In this document: positions 53,967-63,299 of the stretch, one piece after another
Numbering within the stretch: the first letter of the stretch is position 1
How the letters are laid out: the number at the start of each line of letters is the position of its first letter
DNA from: a virus
Taxonomy: Duplodnaviria; Caudoviricetes
Strand: one strand, 5' to 3'
Virus record (IMG/VR): IMGVR_UViG_2974716960_000001
Location: 13,087 to 77,086 of that record
DNA: 64,000 nt
Translations under genes and position numbers: made by a program
The notes under the pieces: generated by a model
The model's database searches: none
Told to the model about the DNA's origin: nothing
The model's input: only the letters and a program-made list of their open reading frames with translations

Positions 53967-54401
53967 TTAGCTCATCCTTACGTCGGAGCGGCGCTTAACA
54001 ATCTTGGCTATGGCCTCCTCGGCGTCCTCGTCGGGAGCGTCGATAGCCTCTATGCCGTGAGCTGCCGCCTCAGCTCCGGAGGAGAACAGCGGGACGGTTG
54101 TCGTGTAGTCGTACGTGGCGTCCAGCTCATCGGGCGACATGGACCCGAACGCGGATGCCAGGCGCAGCGATAGCAGGTTGTCGGGGCCGTGGGTGCCGAC
54201 CCAACCGGCGCAGAGCCGGGCGTGCGGGTCGTTCCGTTCGTTCTGGTGGCACTGGAACAGGCCGGTCGGCTGGTAAGGCATGTCAGCGTCGTACTGGGGG
54301 AGCTTGACGTATTCCTGTTCGGCCCAGATGCCACTTGGCACGTCGCGCCGGTACGGGCATGAGGCGCATGGGTTGGGTGCGGGGCGGTTGATATCGCTCA
54401 C
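53967..54401 (-). CDS. DUF6283-like Cys-rich protein
   Basis: PCASCPYRRDVPSGIW, FQCH, CAGW. Confidence 0.75.
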   Translation of the reverse strand: MSDINRPAPNPCASCPYRRDVPSGIWAEQEYVKLPQYDADMPYQPTGLFQCHQNERNDPHARLCAGWVGTHGPDNLLSLRLASAFGSMSPDELDATYDYTTTVPLFSSGAEAAAHGIEAIDAPDEDAEEAIAKIVKRRSDVRMS

Positions 54402-54405
54402 TGCC

Positions 54406-54753
54406 CTAACCTCCTAGCCCTAGTTCTTCAATTTCGACCAAGTCGATTGCCTCTTTGAAGGCGCGTGACCGCGCGGCTGCCGCGAACCCGTTTAAGGCTG
54501 TCGTGCTTGGGCTGTAGATTATGTCGTCAGCTTTGGCGCGCAGTTTCTTGAGTTCGGCTTTGACGTTTTCAAGGTTGTTCGGTTTGTCGAACTCACCTTC
54601 GTCGGTCCAGTCGCCTGTGGCATTGGTAATGCTGAGAATGAACTTGTGGAACAGTTGTGGTGTCGCTGCGCAGCTCTGCCAGTCTGCGGTTTCGGCTAGG
54701 TGCCGAACTTGGTCTAGCCGAGCTTCGGGGCTGCCGTGCTTTCGGTTGCTCAC
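54406..54753 (-). CDS. Hypothetical protein
   Basis: Leftward operon, coupled stop/start. Confidence 0.5.
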   Translation of the reverse strand: MSNRKHGSPEARLDQVRHLAETADWQSCAATPQLFHKFILSITNATGDWTDEGEFDKPNNLENVKAELKKLRAKADDIIYSPSTTALNGFAAAARSRAFKEAIDLVEIEELGLGG

Positions 54754-54784
54754 ACACTCACCGTACAGCGCATATACGATGGCG

Positions 54785-55309
54785 TCAAGCCACCTGATAT
54801 TTTTCCTTAAGCGCGCTTAGCTCAGCTTCTAACTCGGCTACGCGTGCCTCAGCCTTTTCGCGCAGAGCGTGCGGGGTCCGGTCCTTAGCCTTAGCGACGT
54901 AGAACACCCACTCTTGGTTAGTGTCCTTCTCGCGCAGCCGGGATTCCAGATAGTTGGCGTCCTCGGGGTACTGCGCGTGCCACACCTTAGCGATAGCGAT
55001 GAACTGATCGGCTAGCCAAGCTGGCAAGCCCAAGCTGAAAGCATTGGGGTCCAGCTCGCTAATCATCGAGTCAGTCTCAGCTTTCAGGTGCGCCTTGACC
55101 TTGGCGTACTTCTCAGCCTTCTTAACGCTCTTATGCCGGTCCTCCGGCGGAATGCTGAGGACTAGCCGGTTCTCGGAGCGCCACCCTTTATCGTTGCCGT
55201 CGTCCTTAATGACGGCGTGCGGCCAGGTTAGCCCGATAACGTTTATGAGCGTGCCGGTAATGTCGATAGGCAGCGGCAGCTCAATGCGAATATCAACGTT
55301 TTCAGTCAT
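54785..55309 (-). CDS. Hypothetical protein
   Basis: AAGGA RBS; coiled C-terminus. Confidence 0.6.
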   Translation of the reverse strand: MTENVDIRIELPLPIDITGTLINVIGLTWPHAVIKDDGNDKGWRSENRLVLSIPPEDRHKSVKKAEKYAKVKAHLKAETDSMISELDPNAFSLGLPAWLADQFIAIAKVWHAQYPEDANYLESRLREKDTNQEWVFYVAKAKDRTPHALREKAEARVAELEAELSALKEKYQVA

Positions 55310-55417
55310 CGGGCAATTCCTTAAAGCAGTCGAAACAGTAGGTTAGGTAATCTTCTTCTGTCGGTGACAGGTCGATCTTGACTCCGCAGACGTTGCAACG
55401 GGTGCCCATTTCGGCCA

Positions 55418-55663
55418 TTAGTCGTCCTCGTTCCAGCGCTCTCCGGCGTAGGTCGGGTCAAACCAGCTTGGCGGCTGGTCGGTGTCGGGGTAGTTCCGGC
55501 GGATAGCGTCGATCTGTGGTTGCACACGTTCGACGTACAGCCCGTAGTGATGTTCGCAGCGCGGGTAGGACTCACCCGATCCGGACAGGGACGCGTAGAG
55601 GCTCACTACGCCCTCGCAGGCTCCCAGGTCGTCAACGTGGCCGTGATCCACACACTGAGTCAT
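55418..55663 (-). CDS. Small Cys/His protein
   Basis: AAAGG RBS; C.G.V, RCE.H, PP.WFDP.YAGERW. Confidence 0.6.
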   Translation of the reverse strand: MTQCVDHGHVDDLGACEGVVSLYASLSGSGESYPRCEHHYGLYVERVQPQIDAIRRNYPDTDQPPSWFDPTYAGERWNEDD

Positions 55664-55691
55664 TCCGACACCTTTCGTCACTGTGACATTT

Positions 55692-56543
55692 CTACTTCAT
55701 GAGGCCGAGCTGGCGCAGCACGCCGGGCACGAACTTACCTGCCTGTGAGTCGCTGGAAATGCAGGGAATGTAAATCGAGTACGGAGGAAAGTCCTCCATG
55801 TCCTGAGCGTTGTTGATGCACGAGCCGTACCCGCCTGACGGGTAGATGCCGCAAGCATCGCGCACGTCCTCGTCGTGGGCGTGCATCGCGTTAAAGATGT
55901 GAGCGCGCAGGAATGAGTTGTGAGTCAGCGCGTACATAAACATGGACACGTCGAATGCCTCACCGGCCTTCTTAAGCCGCACAGCGGTACGTGCCCGGTA
56001 TTCGCTACCGTAGCCACGCACGTACATGTCAACCCAAATCTCAGCCTGCATACCGGCGGTTTCGATGGCCTCGACTAGAGCAAACATTGCCTGGCCGTTT
56101 GTCTTAATCGCGCTAGCGCTAATCATGCAGTTGTAAGTGATGTTAAGGATGAGCGCGACGATCTTGTTCTGGCCGGGTTCCTCGGTTGGCGTGAAGTCAA
56201 CCATGCACTCCGGCTCACCTTCCATGTAGCGCCCCATGTCCACGAATGCCCCGGCAGTGTCGTGGTACTCGTTGTATGCGGGCCGGTACAGATCGCCTGC
56301 CAGCAGGGCTACCTTGTGCTCTGCAATGTTGATGGCCTCGACACCGGCCTTAGGCAAACCCTTCTGGCCGAGCTTGTCGGCTTCCTGCATGTTCTTGACG
56401 CCATAGAAATCTAGGTCGTCCATGTGCTTAGAGCGGTGGTCCTTGCCTTCCCGGTTGTGGGTTAGCAAGTCATCGAACGAATCGAACGTGACAACGCTGC
56501 GCTTGAGGTTACGTTCCTTCTCGTTATGGCGCTGCATACGCAT
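55692..56543 (-). CDS. vWA-like protein, paralog A
   Basis: DTAGAFVDMGRYMEGEPECM; paralogous to 59568-60416. Confidence 0.7.
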   Translation of the reverse strand: MRMQRHNEKERNLKRSVVTFDSFDDLLTHNREGKDHRSKHMDDLDFYGVKNMQEADKLGQKGLPKAGVEAINIAEHKVALLAGDLYRPAYNEYHDTAGAFVDMGRYMEGEPECMVDFTPTEEPGQNKIVALILNITYNCMISASAIKTNGQAMFALVEAIETAGMQAEIWVDMYVRGYGSEYRARTAVRLKKAGEAFDVSMFMYALTHNSFLRAHIFNAMHAHDEDVRDACGIYPSGGYGSCINNAQDMEDFPPYSIYIPCISSDSQAGKFVPGVLRQLGLMK

Positions 56544-56639
56544 GGTTAATACACCCCTTTTAGGTTTAGTAAATTTAGGATGCTTTAGCGGAAAAGGCTA
56601 AAGCGGAAAAGTTTGATGGAATGGGAGACGAGCGGGGGA

Positions 56640-57014
56640 CTATGCCCCCGCCCGCTCCACCATTTCGACCACCTGATCGGGGACGGCCAGGGTGTTGCCG
56701 TCCTCGTCTGCGCCACCGGTCACCACAACCACGCCGCGCAGGTGGTCTTTGCCGGTCATAACAGGGTTCACACTCCACCACAGAGTGGTTGCCTGCCAGT
56801 TCACCGGCTGATCCAAGATTCTACCTTCATCGTTGAGGAAGAAGGTCACATCGGCAGCCTCCACGTCGGGGCCAGTCCACCCGTACGTAGCCTCGATGTT
56901 CCCGTCCACGGCGTGCCGCATGGCTGTCAGCTCGTGGGCCGGGGATACCTCCATGATCCAGCGTGCCCCCGAAGGGTGGAGGACCAGGGCGCGAGTGCTG
57001 CTGTCGTTGCTCAT
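56640..57014 (-). CDS. DUF3846-like protein
   Basis: V.G.IE, FLNDEG.....PVN..AT, L.G.VVVTG. Confidence 0.75.
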   Translation of the reverse strand: MSNDSSTRALVLHPSGARWIMEVSPAHELTAMRHAVDGNIEATYGWTGPDVEAADVTFFLNDEGRILDQPVNWQATTLWWSVNPVMTGKDHLRGVVVVTGGADEDGNTLAVPDQVVEMVERAGA

Positions 57015-57021
57015 GTCACTC

Positions 57022-57050
57022 ACGGTACACGGCTAGTACAGCCGTGTCAA
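57022..57050 (-). promoter_or_regulatory. SigA-type promoter, leaderless
   Basis: TTGACA-17-TACCGT, ATG 7 nt downstream. Confidence 0.8.
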
Positions 57051-57280
57051 CACCGATCTTCAATTGAGAGTCGCGGGTTCTTACCGGCGGCGATGTTCTG
57101 CAAAGTGCCGCGCGTGAACTTAGTTGCTACTTCTAGCTCGTTATACGAATAGCCGGTTTCTTTAGCTTCGCGTATGGCGTCGTAGAGCGCCACGGTGTCA
57201 GCGATAATCGCCTCGGTGCGGGCGGCTATGGAAATCAGCGTGGCGTCAGAAACCATGCTCGGAGAGTACACGCTCTCCAT
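57047..57280 (-). CDS. Small HTH protein
   Basis: GYSYNELEVATKFTRGTLQNI HTH-like. Confidence 0.6.
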   Translation of the reverse strand: MESVYSPSMVSDATLISIAARTEAIIADTVALYDAIREAKETGYSYNELEVATKFTRGTLQNIAAGKNPRLSIEDRC

Positions 57281-57449
57281 CGTTAACCTCCCTTAGGCGC
57301 GCGTCGATTGCGTCGATGCGGTGTTGGTTGTGCTCAATCTCGCGTACTAGGCGTATCCGCTCTTGTGTCAGGCGTTGTCGCTCTTGTCGGAGCATGAGTG
57401 CTGCGGTGCTGTCGGGTATGTCTGGGAGAAAGCTAGCCACCCTTACCAT
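57246..57449 (-). CDS. Coiled-coil hypothetical protein
   Basis: Overlapping operon member. Confidence 0.5.
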   Translation of the reverse strand: MVRVASFLPDIPDSTAALMLRQERQRLTQERIRLVREIEHNQHRIDAIDARLREVNDGERVLSEHGF

Positions 57450-57528
57450 TCCTTAGCTTTAAATGTGTGCGGGCGGACCTGGTTATGTGATAACACCAGG
57501 CCCGCCCACTAAGTTACACCGGTGGACG

Positions 57529-57792
57529 CTAGCCCACGGCTTCTGCGAGTGCTTTAGCTAGGTGCTCGAAGTAGGGGAGCACCGGCTGGTTGCACACATC
57601 TAGCCTGACCAGCGTGTTCTTGATCTGTAGCTGTTCGGACGCGGACACGCTCTTGGCTACCTCTACCACCACGGCTACGGGGATCAGGTGCGATTCCCAC
57701 TGGTGGCCGGGTGTTTCGATGACGAACGTGTGGTCGAGGTTCACGCCCTTCTCGTCTAGGAACGTGTCAATCCATTTCGTGAATGCGTTCAT
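57529..57792 (-). CDS. Hypothetical protein
   Basis: AAGGA RBS; W.DTFLDEKG, F.HLAKAL. Confidence 0.6.
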   Translation of the reverse strand: MNAFTKWIDTFLDEKGVNLDHTFVIETPGHQWESHLIPVAVVVEVAKSVSASEQLQIKNTLVRLDVCNQPVLPYFEHLAKALAEAVG

Positions 57793-58108
57793 GTTTGTCA
57801 GTCCTTGGGTAGTTTCACGCCGAACATGGGCGGGTGTGTTGCGTGGATCGCCATTACGGGTGTGCCGCCCACGATGAGGGACGCCATGACGACTTTCCAG
57901 ATCGCTAGGGCTTGCTCCTGCCAGGCCAACATGTCAGTTCTCCTCCGTTGCGGGCTTGAGTGCTTTTACGAGTGCGACGAGCTGCAAGGTGTCCTCCCTG
58001 CTCATTTCCGCAGTCTCGCGCTTGTGCTTGGCGGTCTTGCGGTCGTAGATGCACGCGGCCCAGATGACGACGGCAGCTAGGACGTTGATTGCGGTCATGA
58101 TCGCCATG

Positions 58109-58324
58109 TCAGCTAGCCATCGCTAGCGCGTCGGCGGCGTCCTCGTCAGCCATCACGGCCTGGACCGCGCCCTTGAGGCCGAACTTGCCCTTGTTCGACG
58201 TGTCCTCGCGGGGGAGCTGCGGGTGACGCTCGGTCGGGAAGTCGTAGGTGACAGAGCCGTCCTCGTGTTCGTACATGACGGTGTACCCGGTGGGGCTGAC
58301 CCACTTGACTCGGCTGTTGCTCAT
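58109..58324 (-). CDS. Hypothetical protein, leaderless
   Basis: ATG 7 nt downstream of promoter -10. Confidence 0.6.
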   Translation of the reverse strand: MSNSRVKWVSPTGYTVMYEHEDGSVTYDFPTERHPQLPREDTSNKGKFGLKGAVQAVMADEDAADALAMAS

Positions 58325-58331
58325 GGACCTC

Positions 58332-58359
58332 ACAATACATGCCCTGTACCGGGTGTCAA
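58332..58359 (-). promoter_or_regulatory. SigA-type promoter, leaderless
   Basis: TTGACA-16-TATTGT. Confidence 0.75.
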
Positions 58360-58383
58360 CTGTTCTTACTAAGGGGGTTAAGC

Positions 58384-58866
58384 ATGGGCGGTCGCGGTGG
58401 CGGTGGTACCGGCGGCGGCAAGGGCGGCAATAAGGGCGGTGGCAGCGATCTAACTGTCGATAAGCGGCCTGCTGTGGACGATGCTGCTGAGAAGCACAGT
58501 GACCCGAACGCGGCTGCTGACGCTCTTGGCCTTACTGGGTCCGACAAGGAACACTTTGTGAACGGCGCTAACGCTGAGGGTAAGCGGATTCCTCGCATTG
58601 GGCGCGATGAGAGCAAGATTATTAAGCCAGCGGATGCGGCTAAGTTGCTCGCTGCACACAAGGCCGCTGTGGTCGCGTATGAGCGCAAGTATGGGCGCGG
58701 TGCGGCTCAGGCGTACTCACGTGGTGCGTACTGGTCTCTGGTGCGGTTTATCAAGACGGTTATGGCTGTGTCGTCCACGGTCACGCAGGCGGGTAGTGCT
58801 CCGGCAATGGCGGCTGTGAATGCGGCCATGCTGACTGCCTACTGGGTGGATCGCGCGAAGCGCTGA
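58384..58866 (+). CDS. Second MGGRG-leader protein
   Basis: AAGGGGG RBS, MGGRGGGGTGGG leader; lone plus-strand gene in a minus-strand region. Confidence 0.65.
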   Translation: MGGRGGGGTGGGKGGNKGGGSDLTVDKRPAVDDAAEKHSDPNAAADALGLTGSDKEHFVNGANAEGKRIPRIGRDESKIIKPADAAKLLAAHKAAVVAYERKYGRGAAQAYSRGAYWSLVRFIKTVMAVSSTVTQAGSAPAMAAVNAAMLTAYWVDRAKR

Positions 58867-58930
58867 TTTTCCCAATTTTCCAATTTTCTCAATTCCGCAA
58901 TTTTCCAATTTTGCAATTATGCCAATTCTT
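58867..58930. repeat. AT-rich degenerate tandem repeat (seven CAATT units)
   Basis: TTTTCCCAA TTTTCCAA TTTTCTCAA TTCCGCAA TTTTCCAA TTTTGCAA TTATGCCAA TT. Confidence 0.85.
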
Positions 58931-59517
58931 CCCCCCGGCCCCCGGCTGGGCGTTTGGCCTGGTCAGGCGGGCGGGGGCGGTGGAGAACCGAGCAGCCCCC
59001 TCGGCTGGGAAGGGGCTTAGGCTTAGGTCGCCCCTGGTCAGCGGGTACGCAGCGGGGGTTAGGCCGGGTGGGAACCGAGCAGCAGCCTCGAACGGATGAG
59101 CGATTTGCCCGCTAAGCGATCGAACGCCCGTTCGACCCATTTACTTAGGCAAACGAACCTTTTTTGGACCAAACCCTTAGGCTTGCGAACTAGTTAGCGG
59201 GAGCCGCTGCCTAGTGCCCGCTAGCGCTGGTCACAGTGCCTCACGGCTAAGCGCGCTTAGGTTGCTTAGCGCCAGCGGCCAGGGCACGCCTTAGGGCACG
59301 TGCCAGGGGACCGGGTAGGCCAGCCGGGCACGCGGCCAGGGCAACGGGACCGGGAGCCTGCCAGGGGACGGGTACGCGCCAGGGCATAACTAAGCCAGCC
59401 GGGAGCGCGCCAGAATGGCCGCTAGATTCAACGCTGAGCGACTTTTAGGGACCGGTTAGGGTAACGGTGCCCTAGAGCACGCTAGGGACGCTTAGGGGAC
59501 GCGCCAGCCAGGGCACG

Positions 59518-59552
59518 AAAAAGCGCCAGGGCACTTGCTCCCCTGGCGCTTA
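59518..59552 (-). terminator. Rho-independent terminator
   Basis: GCGCCAGGG/CCCTGGCGC stem with T run on minus strand just after vWA gene. Confidence 0.75.
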
Positions 59553-59567
59553 GCGGACCGGTACCGG

Positions 59568-60416
59568 CTAGCCGATACCTAAGTCGCTGAGAACCTGCTT
59601 AACGGTCTCTTCTGCATTGTCACCCAAGCGCACGGCTGGCAAGTAAACCGCTCCATCACCGTATGTCTCAGGGACGCGCACAGATTCCTTAACCACGTAC
59701 CCGTAGCCGCTACCGACGTTGTACTTACGTTGCTCCGACGCGGGTAGCGCGTGCATAGCGTTGAACTTGAGAACGCGCAGCATGGACGGGTCTGTGAACG
59801 CGTACATCACAGCACCCATGTCTAGCGGCTGGCTGGCTGCCTTGATCTTGACGCTAATGCGGTAATACTCGTCAATCGTCTCGTAACCCTTACGCGCTTG
59901 GTTAGTTGAGTCGGTCCACAGCTCAGTAGACCGGCCCGACGTTTCTACCGCCTTGATCAGTGCCACGATCAACCGACCACGGTCCCGTAGTTCATCCTTA
60001 CCGATACCGCCCGACGCGTTGATATTGCTAACGATGGTCACGACGGGACGGGTAACGGGAACTTCATTGAACGCGGTCTGAATCATGCACTCTGGCTCAC
60101 CGGTGACAAACCGCCCCATATCGACGTAAGAACCCGACGTGTCGTAAAGGCTGTCCATGTCGTACGCGGACACTTGCCGCATGGCGCTATCGGACAGGGA
60201 CCGGGACGTGTCCAGCACCCTTACGCCCTCTTCTGGCAGTCCGGCTAGTGCCCGGTCGCACGCCTCGTTAATGCTGGCTACGCCGGAGAACTCACGGTTA
60301 GCCGCTGCGCTGCGCTTGTCCATGTCGTAGTGCTTGTGTGAGCGCTGGTACTCAGCGAACTCAGCCAGGCTGGCGTAGCTGTGCTGGATAATGTTGCCCG
60401 GTTTCGTGACCTTCAT
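59568..60416 (-). CDS. vWA-like protein, paralog B
   Basis: DTSGSYVDMGRFVTGEPECM; downstream of AAA+ ATPase. Confidence 0.72.
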   Translation of the reverse strand: MKVTKPGNIIQHSYASLAEFAEYQRSHKHYDMDKRSAAANREFSGVASINEACDRALAGLPEEGVRVLDTSRSLSDSAMRQVSAYDMDSLYDTSGSYVDMGRFVTGEPECMIQTAFNEVPVTRPVVTIVSNINASGGIGKDELRDRGRLIVALIKAVETSGRSTELWTDSTNQARKGYETIDEYYRISVKIKAASQPLDMGAVMYAFTDPSMLRVLKFNAMHALPASEQRKYNVGSGYGYVVKESVRVPETYGDGAVYLPAVRLGDNAEETVKQVLSDLGIG

Positions 60417-60578
60417 TTTTCAATCCTCCCGGTGTGGTGTGGTGACCTGCTAGCCGTCAAGTTACAGCACTTGTACGGTGGCGCGCAACATTGCGCGGCC
60501 AGGGGACGGATACCAAGCAGCTCCGTCATGCTGGCTGGCGGCCAGGGCACACGCTAAGGCGTGCTTAGGGCACAAAGT

Positions 60579-60612
60579 AAAGGGACCGGCTACCAGAGCG
60601 GTAACCGGTCCC
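60579..60612 (-). terminator. Terminator-like hairpin after AAA+ gene
   Basis: GGGACCGG/CCGGTCCC with short T run on minus strand. Confidence 0.6.
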
Positions 60613-60626
60613 CTGTGGGCTAGTGG

Positions 60627-61865
60627 CTAGGCCACCTTACGCCACGTAGCTTCATCCATGCCCTTACGCAGTGACCAAGCGACTGCCTTATCCCAATCCA
60701 CGTTACGCGCCAGAAGCGCGGCCATCTTCTGAGACGCACGCGGCGAGATAACCACACCGGTCACAGCCTCACGCTTGACGTTCTCCCGCACGCGCTGCAC
60801 GTAGGCAACTGCACGCTTGGTCACGTCGACCGGAGCACCCTTAGCCATAGCGGCTGCCATTTCAATGTCGGTATCAATCTCAATCTCCATTGCAATGAAG
60901 CGGTCCATGAACTCAGCGCTGAATTTCTGAGCCGCCGGGTATTCCCACGTCGGACCCATACCCCACGTGTTGGTAGCGGCCAGAATCACGTGGTTGCTAT
61001 TGAGACGCACAATCTCACGATTGGGGAGCGCCAGGAACCGGTTAGACAGGATGGAGTTAAGGCCAGCCAGGATACCGGCGTGCGCGCGGTCCACTTCATC
61101 GCAGAGCAACACGCCGCCCTCAGGGTTGGTTGCCCAATCGTAAACCGCTGTGGGCACGTACTCGCCGGTAGCGGACATGTAACCCTTGAGTTCCGACGCT
61201 GTGCTCTGCAAGTGAAAGTTGACCACGTAGAACTCACGGCTAAGCGCTTCTGCCACCTGCTCGCACACGTGAGTCTTACCGACGCCGGGACCGCCGACCA
61301 GCTGCACGTTCTCGCCGCTGGCGATAGCGTCGAGAATGTCGCCGAACTGCTTATGCGTCACGCCTTCAATCTCGCGGGTCTCGGTCTCGGTCTGGACAAA
61401 CGTCCGCGTCGGGTAGACGTATTCGTCCATTTTGCGCGAAATGATCGCTTCAATCTGGGTCTCGTCAAGCTGCTGCTTACCGAGAACCTTAAGCAACAGT
61501 TCGCGCAGCGCGTCCATTTCGCCAGCGTCGGCAGCCTTAGCGCCAGTGGTGGGCACGGTCTCGGTCCCGGTCGACGTGGGCACGGTCTCGGTACCCGTCT
61601 CGGTCCCGGTCCCGGTCTCGGTCCCGTTGCTGCCGGTAGCGTTACCGCTCCCGTTGTGGGTGCCGTAGTTGTCGACGCACACGTGCAGGAATTGAGCCGG
61701 GATGGACTCACCTTGCGCGGCAGCTTTGGTCAGAGCGTTCTTGATAACCAAGTGCTCAGCGCCGTTCTCGTCAGAAGCGAGGTAGAACGGTCCCTCGTTG
61801 TGGCACTTAGGGCAGCCGGTGCGCAGCGTCCGCTGTGAAAGCTTGGTCAGGCTGGAAACGGTCAT
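60627..61865 (-). CDS. MoxR/CbbQ-type AAA+ ATPase with N-terminal Zn ribbon and Thr/Gly/Glu linker
   Basis: GGPGVGKT, LLCDEVDRA, ILAATNT, MDRF; CPKC...C; start at 61865 (AAAGGA RBS). Confidence 0.88.
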   Translation of the reverse strand: MTVSSLTKLSQRTLRTGCPKCHNEGPFYLASDENGAEHLVIKNALTKAAAQGESIPAQFLHVCVDNYGTHNGSGNATGSNGTETGTGTETGTETVPTSTGTETVPTTGAKAADAGEMDALRELLLKVLGKQQLDETQIEAIISRKMDEYVYPTRTFVQTETETREIEGVTHKQFGDILDAIASGENVQLVGGPGVGKTHVCEQVAEALSREFYVVNFHLQSTASELKGYMSATGEYVPTAVYDWATNPEGGVLLCDEVDRAHAGILAGLNSILSNRFLALPNREIVRLNSNHVILAATNTWGMGPTWEYPAAQKFSAEFMDRFIAMEIEIDTDIEMAAAMAKGAPVDVTKRAVAYVQRVRENVKREAVTGVVISPRASQKMAALLARNVDWDKAVAWSLRKGMDEATWRKVA

Positions 61866-62368
61866 TTCGGTAGTCCTTTCGCGGGCCGGTTGGTTGGGCC
61901 GGTTGGTTGTGGTGACAAGAGACAAGTTACACAGCGCTTACTGTGTCCGCAACTTGTTAGGTATATCCCGCATAAAGTGCCTGATCAGGCTGTGTGGCCT
62001 AGCGTGTCGCTAGCTGTGGCTAGGTGGTTCTAGTGCGCAGCGGCCAGGCGTGAGGCTTAGGTGGCTTAGGCCAGCGGCCAGGCCAGCGACGGAGCTGCTT
62101 GGTTCGTGTCCGGCTGGCTGGCGCTCAGCGCGGCCAGGCCACGCGCTAAGGCACGGTTACGCGGCCAGGGCAGGAACACGCGCCAGGGACGCGCACAGCG
62201 GCCAGGGACACGCCACACAAAGCAGAGAACCCGCTACCCAATCGGGCAACGGGTTCTGAGCTAGGGGAGCGTGGCTAGCGCGGTTTGTCCCTAAGGCAGT
62301 CGCACGTACGGCAGTCGGCGCAATGGTTGGCGTTGTGTGCCATGCAGCCATGCCATACCGGGATGAAG

Positions 62369-62608
62369 CTACGCATTGCGGTCCCCTGTCGCGTCGTCGC
62401 TGTACGTGTCGCAATCGTCTAGGTAAACGTGTCCATCCACATTGGTCACTGTGCAGCGCAGTACGGGAGCGCTCAGCGTGTCCGCGTGCGGCCAGTACAG
62501 CGCCAGCGCGGCCAGGCCAGCGCCAAACGTGACCAGCGCGGCCAGGCGCATTACTCCGGCCCGCGTCATGCTGCGTTCTATGGTGACGTTGATCTGTTGA
62601 GTGTTCAT
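62369..62608 (-). CDS. Small membrane/secreted protein
   Basis: AAGG RBS, one TM helix. Confidence 0.5.
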   Translation of the reverse strand: MNTQQINVTIERSMTRAGVMRLAALVTFGAGLAALALYWPHADTLSAPVLRCTVTNVDGHVYLDDCDTYSDDATGDRNA

Positions 62609-62695
62609 GCTCGGTTGTCCTGCCTTAGGTGGTTGTGGGTTAGGTAAGGGACCGGCCCGGCTGGCTGTGTGCCAAACCGGGCCGGGTAACGCTGG

Positions 62696-63193
62696 CTAGT
62701 ACCGGCCCTTAGCCGCTGCGTAGGAATTGTTGAGACGGTCAATCAAGCGTGTTGCCTCACCAATCACGTGGTTAGCCTCACCGGTGGCGTAATCGTCCTT
62801 AGCGACTGCCAGGGCACGCTGTGCGGTCTCGATAGCCGATTGCGCGTAGCCGACGCGGGAGGACATGTAAGCGCGGTCAAGCAAGCCGTTAGCGCGCTGC
62901 ATGAACCGCGCAAACGCCAGCTCGTCCTTAGCGGTATCCGCCCAAACGATCATTTCGGCGATATCGTCCGCTGTCGTGTCGTCAACGCTAGGCGCTGCGT
63001 ACTCCGACATGTCGACGGTCTCGGTAGCGGTCTCGTCAACGTCGACCCACGTGGTTGCGCTGGTACGCACGTCGACCCAGGGCACATATCCGACGCTACG
63101 CAGAAACGCGGCCCGGTCCTGTGCTTCTGCCAGTGTTGCGTAGCACTCGGTAGCGCCAGAAACGTGAACGCGTGCGGTGGCTTCGATGGTCAT
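62696..63193 (-). CDS. Hypothetical protein
   Basis: AAGGGGA RBS; helical C-terminus. Confidence 0.6.
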   Translation of the reverse strand: MTIEATARVHVSGATECYATLAEAQDRAAFLRSVGYVPWVDVRTSATTWVDVDETATETVDMSEYAAPSVDDTTADDIAEMIVWADTAKDELAFARFMQRANGLLDRAYMSSRVGYAQSAIETAQRALAVAKDDYATGEANHVIGEATRLIDRLNNSYAAAKGRY

Positions 63194-63299
63194 TTCGTCC
63201 CCTTAGGGTTTGGCGCTTGTCAGGCGCGGTTGTGGTGACAAGCGACAGAGTACGCGCTGTGTACCTAAGGCGCAACACGTGCGTAGGTGAGGGTTAGAA

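Noticed and set aside
61545-61630. DNA-level GGTCTCGGTCCC repeat as a regulatory array
   Set aside because: Explained by the Thr-Glu-Thr-Gly linker of the AAA+ ATPase
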